Shown here: positions 1 to 12,818 of the stretch, piece by piece
Position numbering within the stretch: the stretch's first letter is position 1
How the letters are laid out: the number at the start of each line of letters is the position of its first letter
Assembly (NCBI GenBank): GCA_001179505.1
Contig: CDMY01000394.1
Coordinates: 24,465-88,464 of the forward strand
Direction: 5' to 3'
Origin: Vitrella brassicaformis CCMP3155
Taxonomy: Eukaryota; Protista; Chromerida
DNA: 64,000 nt
Notes under the pieces: generated by a model
What the model saw: only the letters and a program-made list of their open reading frames with translations
Told to the model about the DNA's origin: nothing
Databases searched by the model: none
Program-made: the position numbers and the translations under genes

Positions 1-66
1 GAAACTGCAACATTACATCGCCAATCTCATGGATGGATAGTGTCCATTCTGCATCTGTCTGTGCAG

Positions 67-1490
67 GCCGGAGCGGTCTCCTGTGCTGCTGATGAGCCGC
101 ATTCTCAGCGATTTGGAGTCCCTCGGGCAGCACCGACTGGTCAGCGTCACGCCAGGATGGGACAAGCTACAGGTAGGGTGCGCCTTCATTCCATCCATTC
201 GTTAACCCTTTTGCATTCATTTCATCTGTGTGGTGTCTTGCCTGAAGGTGTTGGTAGAGGACAGCAGTGGCCGCTCCCATGAACTGCGTGTCCAGTATTC
301 GCCGCAGTTCATCCAGGCCATCGAGGAGGAGCAGCAGCCATCTGCTGGTGGAGTGTCGCGGACGTGGACCCGTGCCATCGCTGCTGAGATCAGCGGCGAC
401 CTGCCGATACTCCCCAACCCCATCACCGTCACAGCAAAACCGTACGCACGCAGAGAATGCAAAAGGGGTGTGCCTGACATGTATCGGGTGTGTGTGTGTG
501 TGTGTGTGTGTGTGCGCAGTGACGTGTGTGTCCACCCCCTGGCGTGTGTGTACCGACATGCTGTGGGGTTCGTCGATGGCCTCAGCGGTTGGTTTGACGT
601 CTGCGACGACATACACAGACACGCGCGGGTGATCGAGCCAAAAAAGGTCCGACAGACAAGAAAACGACGATGGGAAGTACACACAACACACACCAACCAC
701 CCGTGCTGCCTCCTGTGTGTGTGGCGTGTGTGGTCACCTCACATATCACATCAGGCCTCATATGCGCCCCTCAGGCGGCGACTGGGTGAGTGAGCAAACA
801 AGTGGAAGAGAAACAACCACACGAAGCCGCAATCTACAGTAGGTATCCGTGTGTGTCCATCCATCAGGTTTGACCTCGGAAGTGTCGCTAATGCTCACCC
901 TCGACCCGCGCAACCCAAAGTACATAACCCGGCCAGCCAAACCACACAGCCACGAGCAGCACCTACATTTGCCTCTTTCTTTCGTCCTTTCCAGGTCGGT
1001 GAATGGACAGCACGTGGGGTTCATGGGTTCCGAAGCTGCAAGGAAGCCCTTCGAAAGGGCGTATGAGAGTGCGCACCGCGACAGATGGGACCCCCAGATC
1101 GGCCCGAGACGCAACCTGGAGGCCATCCTGCAGCATCACTTCATGCCACCCGACACACACACGGTCAGCCGAGCCAACAACACAACCAACACAACACACC
1201 GTTTCACACACCTTCACGGCGTTTCCTTTCTTGCTTATTGACTGCAGGGTGAGCAGGGGATGGATGTATCCGATGGGCCAAAGGAGGTGACATGCGGCAT
1301 CTGCTACGGCAGCCAGCTGGAGGGCGAGGCCCAACCGTCGGCCGTGTGCCGGTCGTGTGGGGGTGCGTTCCACCACAAGTGTCTGGAGGAGTGGCTCAAC
1401 AGTTTCGTCAATGTGGACGCGATTGACGGCCGTTTGGAGGGGCCGTGCCCTGTGTGCGAGCAGCCAGTGACGTGTCTCGCCAGATCGTAG
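67..1490 (+). CDS. FANCL: E3 ubiquitin ligase FANCL (3' part, about 6 exons; 5' end lies upstream of the window)
   Basis: Spliced exons give WFDVCDDIHRHARVIEPKK, SLMLTLDPRNP, RWDPQIGPRRNLEAIL and the C-terminal RING CGICYGSQLEG..CRSCGGAFHHKCLEEWL..GPCPVCEQPV*. These match FANCL motifs as I recall them (FWDVMDEIDEKTWVLEP, IEVDPRHP, LWDPENSVLQNL, CGICY..CGQPFHQICLYEWL..GECPYC). GT-AG sites; stop TAG at 1488-1490. Confidence 0.9.
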
Positions 1491-1930
1491 ACAGACCGAG
1501 GGGACCGACCGATGGACGGCTCCCATGTCTTTTGGTTGCATCGATGGCATGGGATCTCAATCAAAGATTAGGTGCGTCTCTCAAGAGTCTCAATGTCATC
1601 TCATGCAGCCAGTCACCATTCGTGCAGTGCATCCGTCAAAGCATTCATCAGACAAACAACAAACAGCATGTCCGATTCACGTAGATGGTGTATGCTGCGG
1701 GTCCAATGATGAAACTGCCCAACGAATATATAAAATGTAGGCGGCGATCTGAGCAGAGAGGACGACCAATGAAATGATGTCAAATCGGTAGGCTGAGACA
1801 TCCTCGTTTTGCACTTGTTGTGTGCTTCGATGGTTGTCCAGCATGCTGTTTCCTTGCCGCAGCTGGTATATGGTGGCCGCCTGGCTGTGGCAAATGCTCG
1901 ATTTCTCGTATGCAGCGCACCACGAGCAAT

Positions 1931-2790
1931 CTATGTGTATCCCATCAGCTCCTCTACCATAAGTGTCGTGTCCGACAGCTTGAGGCGGCCCAGCCCCATC
2001 CTTAGCCTGTACGTACGGCAGGTCTCGATGGCATGTTCCAGCAGGTCGTCGCCCGGTTGGAGCGGGTGTGCTGCCAGCAGGCTGATCGAGGAATGAATTC
2101 ATCACATGCAGATGCCTGGTGCATGGTTGGTGGGTGTGATTGGTGTGCTGCGTGGTTTACTTGGCGAGGATGTGCTGCAGCTCCTGGTCGGTGAAGTCGT
2201 ATGGCACCGTGATGACGATGGCGGCCGTCCGCAGCCCGAAGAGAGCGCACGAGGCCCATGCAGTGCTGCGGGTGGCTGTACAGGTAGGCCTCGGACTGCA
2301 CCAGAAAACACGTCTGGCGCCTGCATTCACATCGCACACCACACACACATACACATTCGTGTCGTGTCTCGTGAGCTCACGGGTGGCAGGCGGCACCGAT
2401 CCAGGGAGAAAGTCGTCCACCTTCTTGCCGTCAGCCACTGGGACTTTCGACAAGTACGTGTTGTAATGGCGTTCGCATGTGTACCAACGACCCTGCTCGG
2501 CCATGACGATACACCTGTGCCTGATGAAAACCAACACAACACAACGAATGAAAATGAGTGCACGAGCACATGAGGGCATGAACCTGGGCGACATATTCGG
2601 CGTCGGCAGTGCTGTGGTTGATCAGTGCGTGACTGATCTGGCTGCGCGCTGGTGTGACGGCGCTTGAGATGCCCATGCCCATGCCCTTGGCCACACCGAC
2701 CATATCACAAACAAGTATGGGAGCCTTAGCTATTCGCCCGCCCATGGCCGCCTTATGGGAACGGATGCGACAGGCGACTCCACAGAACCA
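1931..2790 (-). CDS. Hypothetical spliced protein (about 4 exons); may be the 3' continuation of the gene at 2913-4701
   Basis: Phase-consistent exons with GC3-rich codons: HRCIVMAEQGRWYTCERHYNTYLSK..., LFGLRTAAIVITVPYDFTDQELQHILA, LLAAHPLQPGDDLLEHAIETCRTYRLRMGLGRLKLSDTTLMVEELMGYT*. No family recognised; start uncertain. Confidence 0.45.
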
Positions 2791-2912
2791 ACTAAACACA
2801 CACACGACCCACACAACACACAACACCTCACACAGCGGCCAGCCACCCAACCGATACTAAAGCTACACATGGGTGGGTGGGTCGTCGGTGTATCTGCCCC
2901 GCTGTCTGTCTG

Positions 2913-4701
2913 TCATGTGGGTGTGCTGGGCGCCTCCCCAGGATGCAGGTGCACCTGCACACGAACGAGTGCAAATGAACCAACAAAACACAACACACCA
3001 CATCCATCGAACGAGTAGCTGCTCCCTGCCCACAGACACGTACCTGGTTCTGTATGGCCTTGAGCCGCTCGATGGCCGCCCGCCGGCCGTCCTCCTCGGC
3101 CACCAACACCGGACTTTCCATCAGACTACCCAAATACCCTACTAGCTGCAGCCACACACACACACACACACATTAACATGGACCATCTGCCACCCCTATC
3201 TTTCGTCTTTTGCGGCGCACCTGCGTCTTGTTGGCATATTTGTAGAGGTTGAAGAAGCCCACCGGCTCCTCGGGCTCGTCCTCCGAAATGGTCGAGTCGG
3301 CCAGGTAGTCGCCCAGCAGCCGCAGCCACACCTCGTGCGCCTGCCGGGCGGCGTACTGGCAGCGGGCGCGCATCTCGCTGGGTCGCATGGCGTTGTGGTG
3401 TGAGCGGTGGTGGTGGGCATGGTTGTGTGGCGGTGTGTCGATGTCCATGTGGTGGAGGTCGTCGGGCAGAGGGAGCAGGTTGAGGCGGTCGAGCAGCGTG
3501 GGCATGATGTAGGTCAGCCAGAAGGAGAAGCGCTCCTGCACCTTGCCCACCTCGGCAAACACCGCTCTGCAAACCCAGAGAGAGAGGGAGATACGGAGGA
3601 CGGTATGACCATCCTGTGTGTCTGTCTGTGCGTCTGTGCGTACTTACTTGTCTTGCCGGAACTGTTCCGTAAGGACGAACTGGGTGGTGAGCACCGTGTA
3701 GACCAACTGAGCACACACACGACATACAACACACAACATCTGACACAACCATCCACCACATCCACTTCACCGCTTCTTACCTCGTTGATGTCGTCCCCCT
3801 GGTGCTTATTGCCGTCACGCAGGATCTCAACCCACTTGTCCAGCTACACTCACCAACATGCGACACACCACAACACAGTACATCTAGATAAGGAAGATAC
3901 ACACAGCTGGCCATACCTTGTCTAAGATGGTGTTGACATAGTGTCGAACGGGGCGGACACGGAGTGGGTTGTCTGCCGTCCTGTTGTTGAACCTGACCTC
4001 CTCCTCGACAGTGATGCTGTCGTTCAAAGATCTGTAGACACACGCGCAAAAAAGACACACGGCCTTACAAACAGTCAGTCTTCTTACTCGACGACTTCGA
4101 TGCCAGGCTCTCCCTCGACAAATGTAAGGGCGGGCGACCGACACACGGATAGCCAGAGGCACACGAACCACGAAATCGATGTCGGTGTCCCGCCTCCCTC
4201 TCATGGCCACCCTTTGAGAACACCGACGAGGACGCAGATGAAAACGAAGGCGAAGAACATACAAACGAAGGCGTGACTAACTGCAAAAGGGAGAGGGAAA
4301 ACAAGGAAAAGGCAACACACAGAAAACAGCAAGAAAACAGTGCACATGACAGCCCAGCCCACTACTTGGGCTACATACTTGAAGCCGGCCGGTGATGCGA
4401 ACTTGTCCATTGGGGATGTTTAGGTACTGTATTGTGAAGACGAGGTAGTATTCGAACAGGATGGTGATGTGGCTGTTTGTGTAGTGGTTCCGGGCCTAAA
4501 AATTCAAGCAATACCCGTATATCTCCCGGTGGTCTATCAATGGGATGATGTGCTGATGCGCGGGCGGCATCACAAAAAACCAGTTGGCAGTGGCATCACG
4601 TCCGACATGCGGATGCCATCGCGAGGCGGCATGGCGGTGGCGCTGGCGCTGGCAGCCGAGAGGACGAGGGCGACAAGGGATGCGAGGCGGATGGCGGTCA
4701 T
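2913..4701 (-). CDS. Hypothetical multi-exon protein with a probable N-terminal signal peptide; 5' exon structure unresolved
   Basis: ATG at 4701 gives MTAIRLASLVALVLSAASASATA. The chain SLNDSITVEEEVRF..ILDK|LDKWVEILRDG..|LVYTVLTTQF..|AVFAEVGKVQERFSFWLTYIMP..|LVGYLGSLMESP..QNQ|VHLHPGEAPSTPT* splices cleanly. It includes a His-rich stretch HNHAHHHRSHH. Confidence 0.55.
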
Positions 4702-4911
4702 GTAAAACAAGGCAACAAATTCGCCAAAGGACGAAAAAGGAGAGAGGAAAAAAGAAAAAAGGGAAGGAGGGGGCGTCTCAGATTCTCGCGTCTCGAATTC
4801 TCGACGGCAGCCAACCGGGAAGTCCACAACAACAGGATCCCTCCGGGGTTACAGACACGAGTCTCGTTAAACACACTAACCAACCAACCACGAGAGTCGA
4901 CGGGTGATATC

Positions 4912-7255
4912 ATGCTGCAAGACCAGTTCGGCTATACGCTGGACACGTCGAACGAAGCAGCAGCAAGTGCCTATCGCAATTACATCGACTGCGTCCTCAC
5001 CTACGGCACAGAGTGGCATGCGGGCGAGGAGGCTCACTCGAAAGATCCCGGCAGCTGGTTCGCCCGCATCGCAGAGGCCGACGGCACCATCTGCTCGTAT
5101 GACATACCTGCGGCGGCATCTCTCATTGCAGCCATGACCAGGGACAGCCAGGGAGTGTCGGACATTGATCCGCGGGCGCAGCTGTATATGAAGGCGATGG
5201 ATGCGTGGATCTGCCAGGGCGACCCCGACAAGGCCGCACAGACGTACCAGGTGAGATGAGACCGTTCAAAGATGATCTGTCTGTTTTGTACGTGTTTCCA
5301 TTTTGTGTGTCAGGAAGTGCTCCGACACTACCCAAAGGACCTGTTCGCTCTCAAGCGGTCTCAGCTGCTCTATTTCGCCGCAGGCAGTGTGCCCGAGATG
5401 CTCTCCGTCTGCCAGCTTGACCAGGTGGCGAGCAGCCATGAGTCGAGCCCCTACTACCACGCCATGCTCAGCTTCGGCCTCGAGCAGAACGGGCAAGCAG
5501 ATGCCGCACACGAGGCCGCAAAGAGGGGTGTGGTGCTGAAGCAGGATGACGCATGGGCGCACCACGGCCTGGCGCACGCCGACTACAACGCGGGCAGGCT
5601 GGCGGAGGGCGCGCGCACTTTGCTCTCGTATGCGCATTACTGGGACGATCGGCCGCTGTGCTCGTTCCTGTACACCCACAACTGGTGGCACGTGGCGCTG
5701 TTCCATCTCGACATGAACCGGTATGGGGACGCGTGGCGGCTGTACAAGGAGCGGGTGTGGGAGGGGCGCGGCAAGTGCGACCCCACCAACATACAGGACC
5801 AGATGGGAGCGCTGGGACTGCTCGTCAAACTCTACATTCGGCTGGTGAGGGAGGGGGAGGGGTGCAACATTACCGTGGTTGGAATTTGTGCGTTGTGCTG
5901 TCAGGTGTTCATCGAGCATTACAGACAGGAATGGCTCGGTGGCGGTGCTCGGAGTGTGTCTGAGCCTTCGGTGGAGGACATCAAAGCCGCCATGAAGGTA
6001 CCTACCGTACCTACACGACGCAACGCCCATATGTCTTGAGACTGCTATCTATCTGGATCGGCCGACTTGTCTATCCGGGCGGGCATGCAGGTTGTGTTGG
6101 GTCGCGCGTCGGCGACCAATCTCCAGTCGCACTACGAGCCGCTCTTCGACGTCCTTTCTGTGGCCGCATTCACCATCACTGGTCAGTGAGTCAGAACGGC
6201 AGAGCACACAGGCACTCATTATGAGATCAGATCCACGCACGATGTCTGTGTGCCTCTCTCTGTTAACTAACGTAGGTAACGATGAGACTGCAACCAAGAT
6301 GATCTCTGAGGTTGAGTCGATTGCCAAGGGCATGCCAGCCAAGAGGAAGACAGCCGGTCGGCCAGAAAGACAGCATATATATGTTGATCCATGAGAGAGA
6401 GGATGTGCTGTGTGTTTCTGTGTAGGTGATGCATGGCTGGGGGCAATGAGGGGCAGCCGCGCGTGGGCGCAACAAGACTTCATTGCAACGGTGAGTGCGC
6501 CCAGCAGCCATTCGTCCATCCATCCATCTGTGCATGATGCACGACTGGAAGGGGTGTGTGTGTGTGTGTGCAGGTGAGTGAGCTGGCTGCCGTCCTTGAT
6601 GACCTCAAGTACCTGTTCGCATCATACGAGCAATGTGGTAGGCACGCCACACAGTCAGTCGCACAGACAGGCAGACCAATAGATAGCCCTTGCTTGATGT
6701 GCATCCAACGGTGGGTGTCTGCTGGCTGCATGCTGTCTATCCGTCGGTCGGTCGGGCAGATGTTATAAGGGAGATGTTTCTGCACGCCGGTGTGCTGGCG
6801 CTGGCCGAGGGGGCATCGCCGCCCTCACCCGACATGGCGAAAGTGTCCTCACTCATCGACAGCCGAATGAACGAGCCGCGTGCAGCACACGTGCCGGTGG
6901 GTGCGGTATATGCGTCAAATCCACCACCACACCCACCCACAACCTCCCACAACCCCCTCCCCAATGATTGATTGTGTGTGTGTGTGTGTGTGTTGCAGTG
7001 CTACGCGATACTGAAAGCGCTGTATCTTCACGCAGCCAAGGGGTGAGAACGAACAAGATAATCCACCCCGACAGACAGAGACGCAGACGAGTCGCCTGCA
7101 CACACATCACATACATGTGTGTATGTTTGTGTCTGTTCTGTCACGGATTGATGCTGTGCTGCAGAGATGGAGACGGAGCCACGGCAAAGGCCGAGCTGGT
7201 CAGGCAGGCTGGTCAAGTGGAGACCAAATACGCCAGCGAACAGATCGACGTATGA
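4912..7255 (+). CDS. TTC38: Tetratricopeptide repeat protein 38-like (multi-exon)
   Basis: LRHYPKDLFALK, YYHAMLSFGLEQNG, DAWAHHGLAH, SFLYTHNWWHVALFHL, LFASYEQCDVIREM resemble TTC38 family motifs. Last exon ends TGA at 7253-7255; 3' end moderately uncertain. Confidence 0.85.
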
Positions 7256-8860
7256 GAGATACGGTGCACATGCGTGCACAGATGGACACTTCCATGCTGC
7301 AGCCAGGCAGGCAGCCATCGTGTCTGTCGCGTCCCATCAGTGCCTCTTTTGCCTAGCTTCCTGCCTGCCTGCCTGCCTGCCTGCCCGTACCTATGTTTTT
7401 ATATATCGGCCCTTTTGGTCAAGAGGGGTGGGTGTTTCTCTGTCGCCGTCCTTTGGCAGTGGGTCGGTCCTTCAGTGTCGTGTGTGCTGTTGTTTGGCAA
7501 TCGCACGAGAGAGAGGGATGAGGTGATTTTGAATGCCCTTGAGTACGCGCACCACATGCAGGCATCGTTAGGCAACCGCCCAAAACGGAACACCGGTCCA
7601 CGACGCTGCACAACAACATGGTTGACCATGGCATGAGTGGTCATTTCTCCATCACATTCGCCGCGTAGGTACATGGCTGTCTGTCTGTCTGTCTGTCATG
7701 ACCCCGTCCACCCATCTTAATGCATCTCCTCGACACGCACAAGCATTGCAAACAAAACGAATCACGTGGGAGACATGTAGCCGGCCAGGAAGATCTAAGA
7801 TGTAGGGTTGGGCACACGAGCGAGCCTATCGACACCCTGACTGCACAACCACCGCCCCTCAATGCTGGCCGTGCCCTCGCTGGCAAATGGGCGGTGCACC
7901 CACCCCACCCGCACACGCATATATCCCCCGAGTGAGTGAGGCAAGAAAGAGTGACCGCACAGTCTGTCTATCAGACACGTTGCCGCCACCTTTTCCCTCT
8001 CACTCAGCGAGACACAGACGGAGTGCAGGCGAGATCGATGCGGCACACCATTCATTCGCCAATCAGTACATGTTGTAGGTTCCTGCCAGCAGAGAGGGGC
8101 CGTGTATCCACACACACACACAACGGATGGACACCTCCGTCCATCCAGCACACATGACATGCACACACGCGGATCAATGAACAGTACTCGCTTCGCTTGC
8201 GGGAGCTTTCCCCGTTCATTGCTCAACGCGCACAGGCATGGCATGCACTCCATTGGATTGCATCTCGTTTAACGCATCATCAGTCACTAGGCTAGACAAG
8301 ACAGCACCGCACCCATCCAGGCAGCCATGAGAAAAAGCATGCAGCCGGAGAGAGAGAGAGCTCAGACATGACGCAGGGAGGCAGGCAGGCAGGCAGACAG
8401 AGAGAGAGGTCATGCACAGGGCTCACTCAGTGGCTCGCCCGTTATGTGCATTCGCCAGACAGGGATGATCGCAGTTGTTATAACACTTCATACAGACAGA
8501 CAAGAGAGGGATTAGACCATCAACACCCACCCACCCACACCCACACCTGTTCACCCATCCATCCATCCATCCATCCACACAACACATACATACACACATA
8601 CATACATGCAGTGGCGGCTGGCGGAGAACAAACAGTGCACACACATGACACACACCACACACAGATGACATGAATGACATCACACGCACACCACACCCAT
8701 CCCATATGCCCATCAATCCGGCCATTGTCGTTTGCGCACTAAACTAGCTTGCCAGGCTAGCTTTACAAGTCAGTCAGTCAGTGAGAGTGAGTGAGTGAGA
8801 TCAACCTCAGCTATAGATACAAGGCAGGCGGGCAGCCTGAACCGACAGGCAAGCCGGACA

Positions 8861-8890
8861 GCCACGCCACGCCACGCCACGCCACGCCAC
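8861..8890 (+). repeat. (GCCAC)6 pentanucleotide microsatellite
   Basis: Six perfect GCCAC units read directly. Confidence 0.95.
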
Positions 8891-9291
8891 AACACAACAC
8901 ACCGCACCAAACAGCGGCAGACAGACAGGTCGGGGGGAACGGGAGAGAGAGAGAGAGTATGCACCAATCTGACCAACCAACCAAGACGCCCATGGGGTGC
9001 CCTACGCACTTGAGCTAATTGCCAGGCAGGAGTGAGTATGTATGTTGTGTAAGTATGTACGCATGTGATTGTATGTATGTGTGTATGTGTGAATGTATGT
9101 GTGCCTCCCTGCCTGCCTGCCTTCAGCAAATACCTCACTCACCACGGTATGTATGCCATAGTGCCGGTCGGTGTGTATGAAGACACGGTAGGTAGCAGCT
9201 CCGCCCGCCTTACACACGCATCGCACGCAGCGCAGCACACTCACGTCATTGTGTCGCACATCAGCTGGGTGGGCTGGGGGGGAGGGAGGGA

Positions 9292-9591
9292 NNNNNNNNN
9301 NNNNNNNNNNNNNNNNNNNNNNNNNNNNNNNNNNNNNNNNNNNNNNNNNNNNNNNNNNNNNNNNNNNNNNNNNNNNNNNNNNNNNNNNNNNNNNNNNNNN
9401 NNNNNNNNNNNNNNNNNNNNNNNNNNNNNNNNNNNNNNNNNNNNNNNNNNNNNNNNNNNNNNNNNNNNNNNNNNNNNNNNNNNNNNNNNNNNNNNNNNNN
9501 NNNNNNNNNNNNNNNNNNNNNNNNNNNNNNNNNNNNNNNNNNNNNNNNNNNNNNNNNNNNNNNNNNNNNNNNNNNNNNNNNNNNNNNNNNN
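9292..9591. other. Assembly gap (300 N)
   Basis: Run of N flanked by G-rich tracts on both sides. Confidence 0.99.
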
Positions 9592-10712
9592 GGGAGGGAG
9601 GGGGGGAGCATCAGTCAACGGGACAGACAGCACAGATATAGACCTAGAGAACGAACATCGCTCTCTTTGCTCGCGATCTGTCTCTGTGCGTGTGGTTTGG
9701 CCTTCTTGAACCGTCTTTGCTGCGACAGCGATACACGGCCGATGCAAGAAAGCCGGAGACACCACACACACCAGCGCAAGCGACAGACTCACTGCACGGG
9801 AAAAGAGACTTCTCATTAGGTCAACTTGTCCTCTCTGCCATGCCAAGCCGTCTCGGGGCCTGCCTTCACCCGTCTTGATGAAGGCAGGCCAGGAAACGGC
9901 TGGGCACGATAGAGCAAACAAGGACGCATTTGCGGCCGTGGCCCGCAAAATGGACAGACGCACACGGTGGTCGTGTCTGTACGTGACTACGTATGAGTGC
10001 GATATATGTGTGTGTCAGGCAGGCAGGCAGGCAGGCAGGCCGGCAAGGAGAGAGAAGGAGAGAGGGAGACAATGTGTGCAAAAAGATGCAGCTGAGCTGC
10101 CGGGCAGACGACAGACGGACGGACAGGGAATGAAAGTCACTCGCTCTGCGGGACACACAGGTCGGTGGGCGGGTGCGGTGCATGCCTTGCGCCAATCTCG
10201 CATTGCATCAGCAAGCAAGGCGGCTCGCAAGGATGCACACCAGCACACCACACCATCGCACCCACCGTGCAGGCGTGTCTGTCTGAGTGGGGTATCTATC
10301 AACAGGGTGCTATACTACACGGTCAACACAACACACGAGATGAAGGAGGACAGGACAGAGACACGACTTGAGAAGGCTGGCTTGGCTGCTTCTTATCTCG
10401 TGGACACAAGAAGCCAGTGTTTAATTCCTAGGCCCAGTCCCCCATCCCCCACCCCCACCAGCGTCAAGACAAGACAATACAATCATCCCCTCCCCCCCAC
10501 TGAGCACTAGCAGGTCACATCACATACACACCAGCATGACATGCACACAAGCCAGCCGCCACGCACCACCACCACACCACAACCCAACAATGCAGGCCAC
10601 GTCATTCAGTCACACAACGCACACGGCAACACAAGCAAGAGTTAGGGGAATGTTGGTCGGGGTAAAAATGACAGCGTCTCTGTCGCCATGTCGAGTTAGT
10701 CACCATGCGAAT

Positions 10713-12779
10713 CTACTGGGTGCCGCCGCCGCTGCTGCCAGTGCTGGAGGGGGTGCTGGGCATGTAGGTGTACCACCTGGCACGCTCCTCGGCCGACACG
10801 ACCCGCATACCGCCCACCCAGCCACCGCTGATGCCGTTGCGAGTCGGCTCGTCCGCACCTGGACGCAGCTCAATCGTATACCTGACCATCACACCCACAC
10901 CACATTTGCCACAGCCACACGTGTGTATGTGCCTTCGTGTGTACCATCTGGAGTTGGCAGGGAAGTGCTTGAAAGCGACGGTGACGACAGTGGTGGTGTT
11001 GGTCTTGACGGAGAGGACCTCGCCGAACCACCAGCCGAAGGGGCTGTCGCGACGCATCTTCCACTGGATCTCAACAGGGGTGCCCTTCTGCACGCACACA
11101 CACATCAACATGGCCAACACACCACACCACATGCAGTCAGTGACCACCACTAGTCCATAGTGTCAAGGGCAGTGTGTTGACCTTGAGGTTGCGGAGCGTG
11201 TCTGCGATGCCTGGTGGCCTGAAGTAATCGTGCGGGGTTGGCCGGTGCCGCCGCACCTCGGGAGAAACCAACCGCTGAAAACAGATAGATCGACACATAC
11301 ACCACCAACACGCACATACATAAGATACATCCTCCGTGTGTGTGGATGGGTGGCACGAACCAGTCGTGACTCGTCGACGAACTCTGCGACGTTGTCGACC
11401 GACACGTACGACACTCTGTACTTGCGGCAGGGGGCCGACCACCGCACGCTGGCCGGCATGCATGACATGGCAAAACCAGGCTTCCGCTCACTGCAGTGCA
11501 CCACATCAACACATCAACACATTCATAGACAGAGAGAAGCGGATGGATGGATGGATGTACTCCTGTGTCGGAGGTAGGTAGGCTCTTCTCTTCTCTCGTG
11601 CTTCACTCACTCACCGTTCAAAGACCTCGACGTCAAATGAGATATTGCCCTTGACCATCTCGCGAGTGCGGCGCTTCCACGTCGGGCAAGCGCACGACCT
11701 GCACCGCACCAGCCACCGAACAACACAACACACCACACCACACCACACACTGCACTCACGCCCACAGTCTGTCTCTTGTTCCTCCCTTATTCCCTGCTTA
11801 CACGTGCCCTTCTGCCCGCCCCTGCTCCGCTGACACGGCCGCTGGCTGGTGTGCCCTCTCCCTCTCCCTCTCCCGTGTGAGCAGCAGTGGATCGTTGGCC
11901 ATCTTGTCCTCCACCTCACCATCCACACCCTCGCTGCTGTGCCTGACCTTCGTCGCGGCACACTGCTTGAGGGCAGGTGACGGTGACCCGCTGATGGGGG
12001 AGATGGCGTGTGAGGGATCCGTCGGCTGCTGGGTGGCGGGGGTGGGCGAGGGGTTGGGGCTGGTGGTGGATGGGGAGGAGGTGTCGGTGACGAGGCCCTG
12101 CTCGAAGGCCGAGTAAGCCAGCGGCCACATCCGCTGGAAACTCTGCGTGAGGACGAAAACGCCCACAATAAATAAAGAGACTCTCGCGTGTGGGCGGGCC
12201 CACCGACCCACCCAGTACCCAATGTGTTGTCGCACCTGTTGCCAGTAGAAGTCCTGGCTGTTGATTTCGTTCCACAGGGTGCGACAGGTGAGCGAGAGGG
12301 CGTTGAAGGGAATGCCCTTCTCGCCCGCCACACCCCCCATCCACTCGCTTATGTCGCGCACAATCGGCAGACTGCGCTGCACCGCCCACACCAGGACGCA
12401 GGGCGGCTCCCGGCCATACGAGTTCGCACACCCGCCGTAACGCTCCAGCAACGAAGGCAGAGATGCGTGGCTCTGATGCAGGCAGGATGAACACAGAAAG
12501 AACACGAGACAGTCATGATCGTCTTTGTGTGTGTGTTGAGGCGCTCACTCACGCACTCACCCCTTCTATAGCACAGTCGACGGGCGTGTATCCTCGCTGG
12601 TTGCGCCTGTTGACGTAGGCGAGATCATGGCCCTGACGGCTGAGCAACGCCGCGGCCGCCTCAGTGCGGCCATACGACGCCGCAATGTGCAGAGGTCCGT
12701 TGCCCTCGCTGTCAGTCGCATGAATCTCGGTATTGGTGTCAATCTGATTGACGCCCAAGCACACCACACACACACACAC

Positions 12780-12818
<39 letters not shown>

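Noticed and set aside
4496-4498. Possible stop-codon readthrough or recoding at an in-frame TAG
   Set aside because: The TAG is preceded by TTTT and is simply a plausible 3' splice site; all other genes use TAG as a normal stop.
7640-9290. Many 60-150 aa ORFs rich in C/V/H/T/W/M/D
   Set aside because: Translations of (GT)n, (CA)n and (GGAT)n microsatellites.
9065-9963. Long ORFs in the supplied track spanning N runs (also near 44752-45446 and 53711-54529)
   Set aside because: They are open only because N translates as X.
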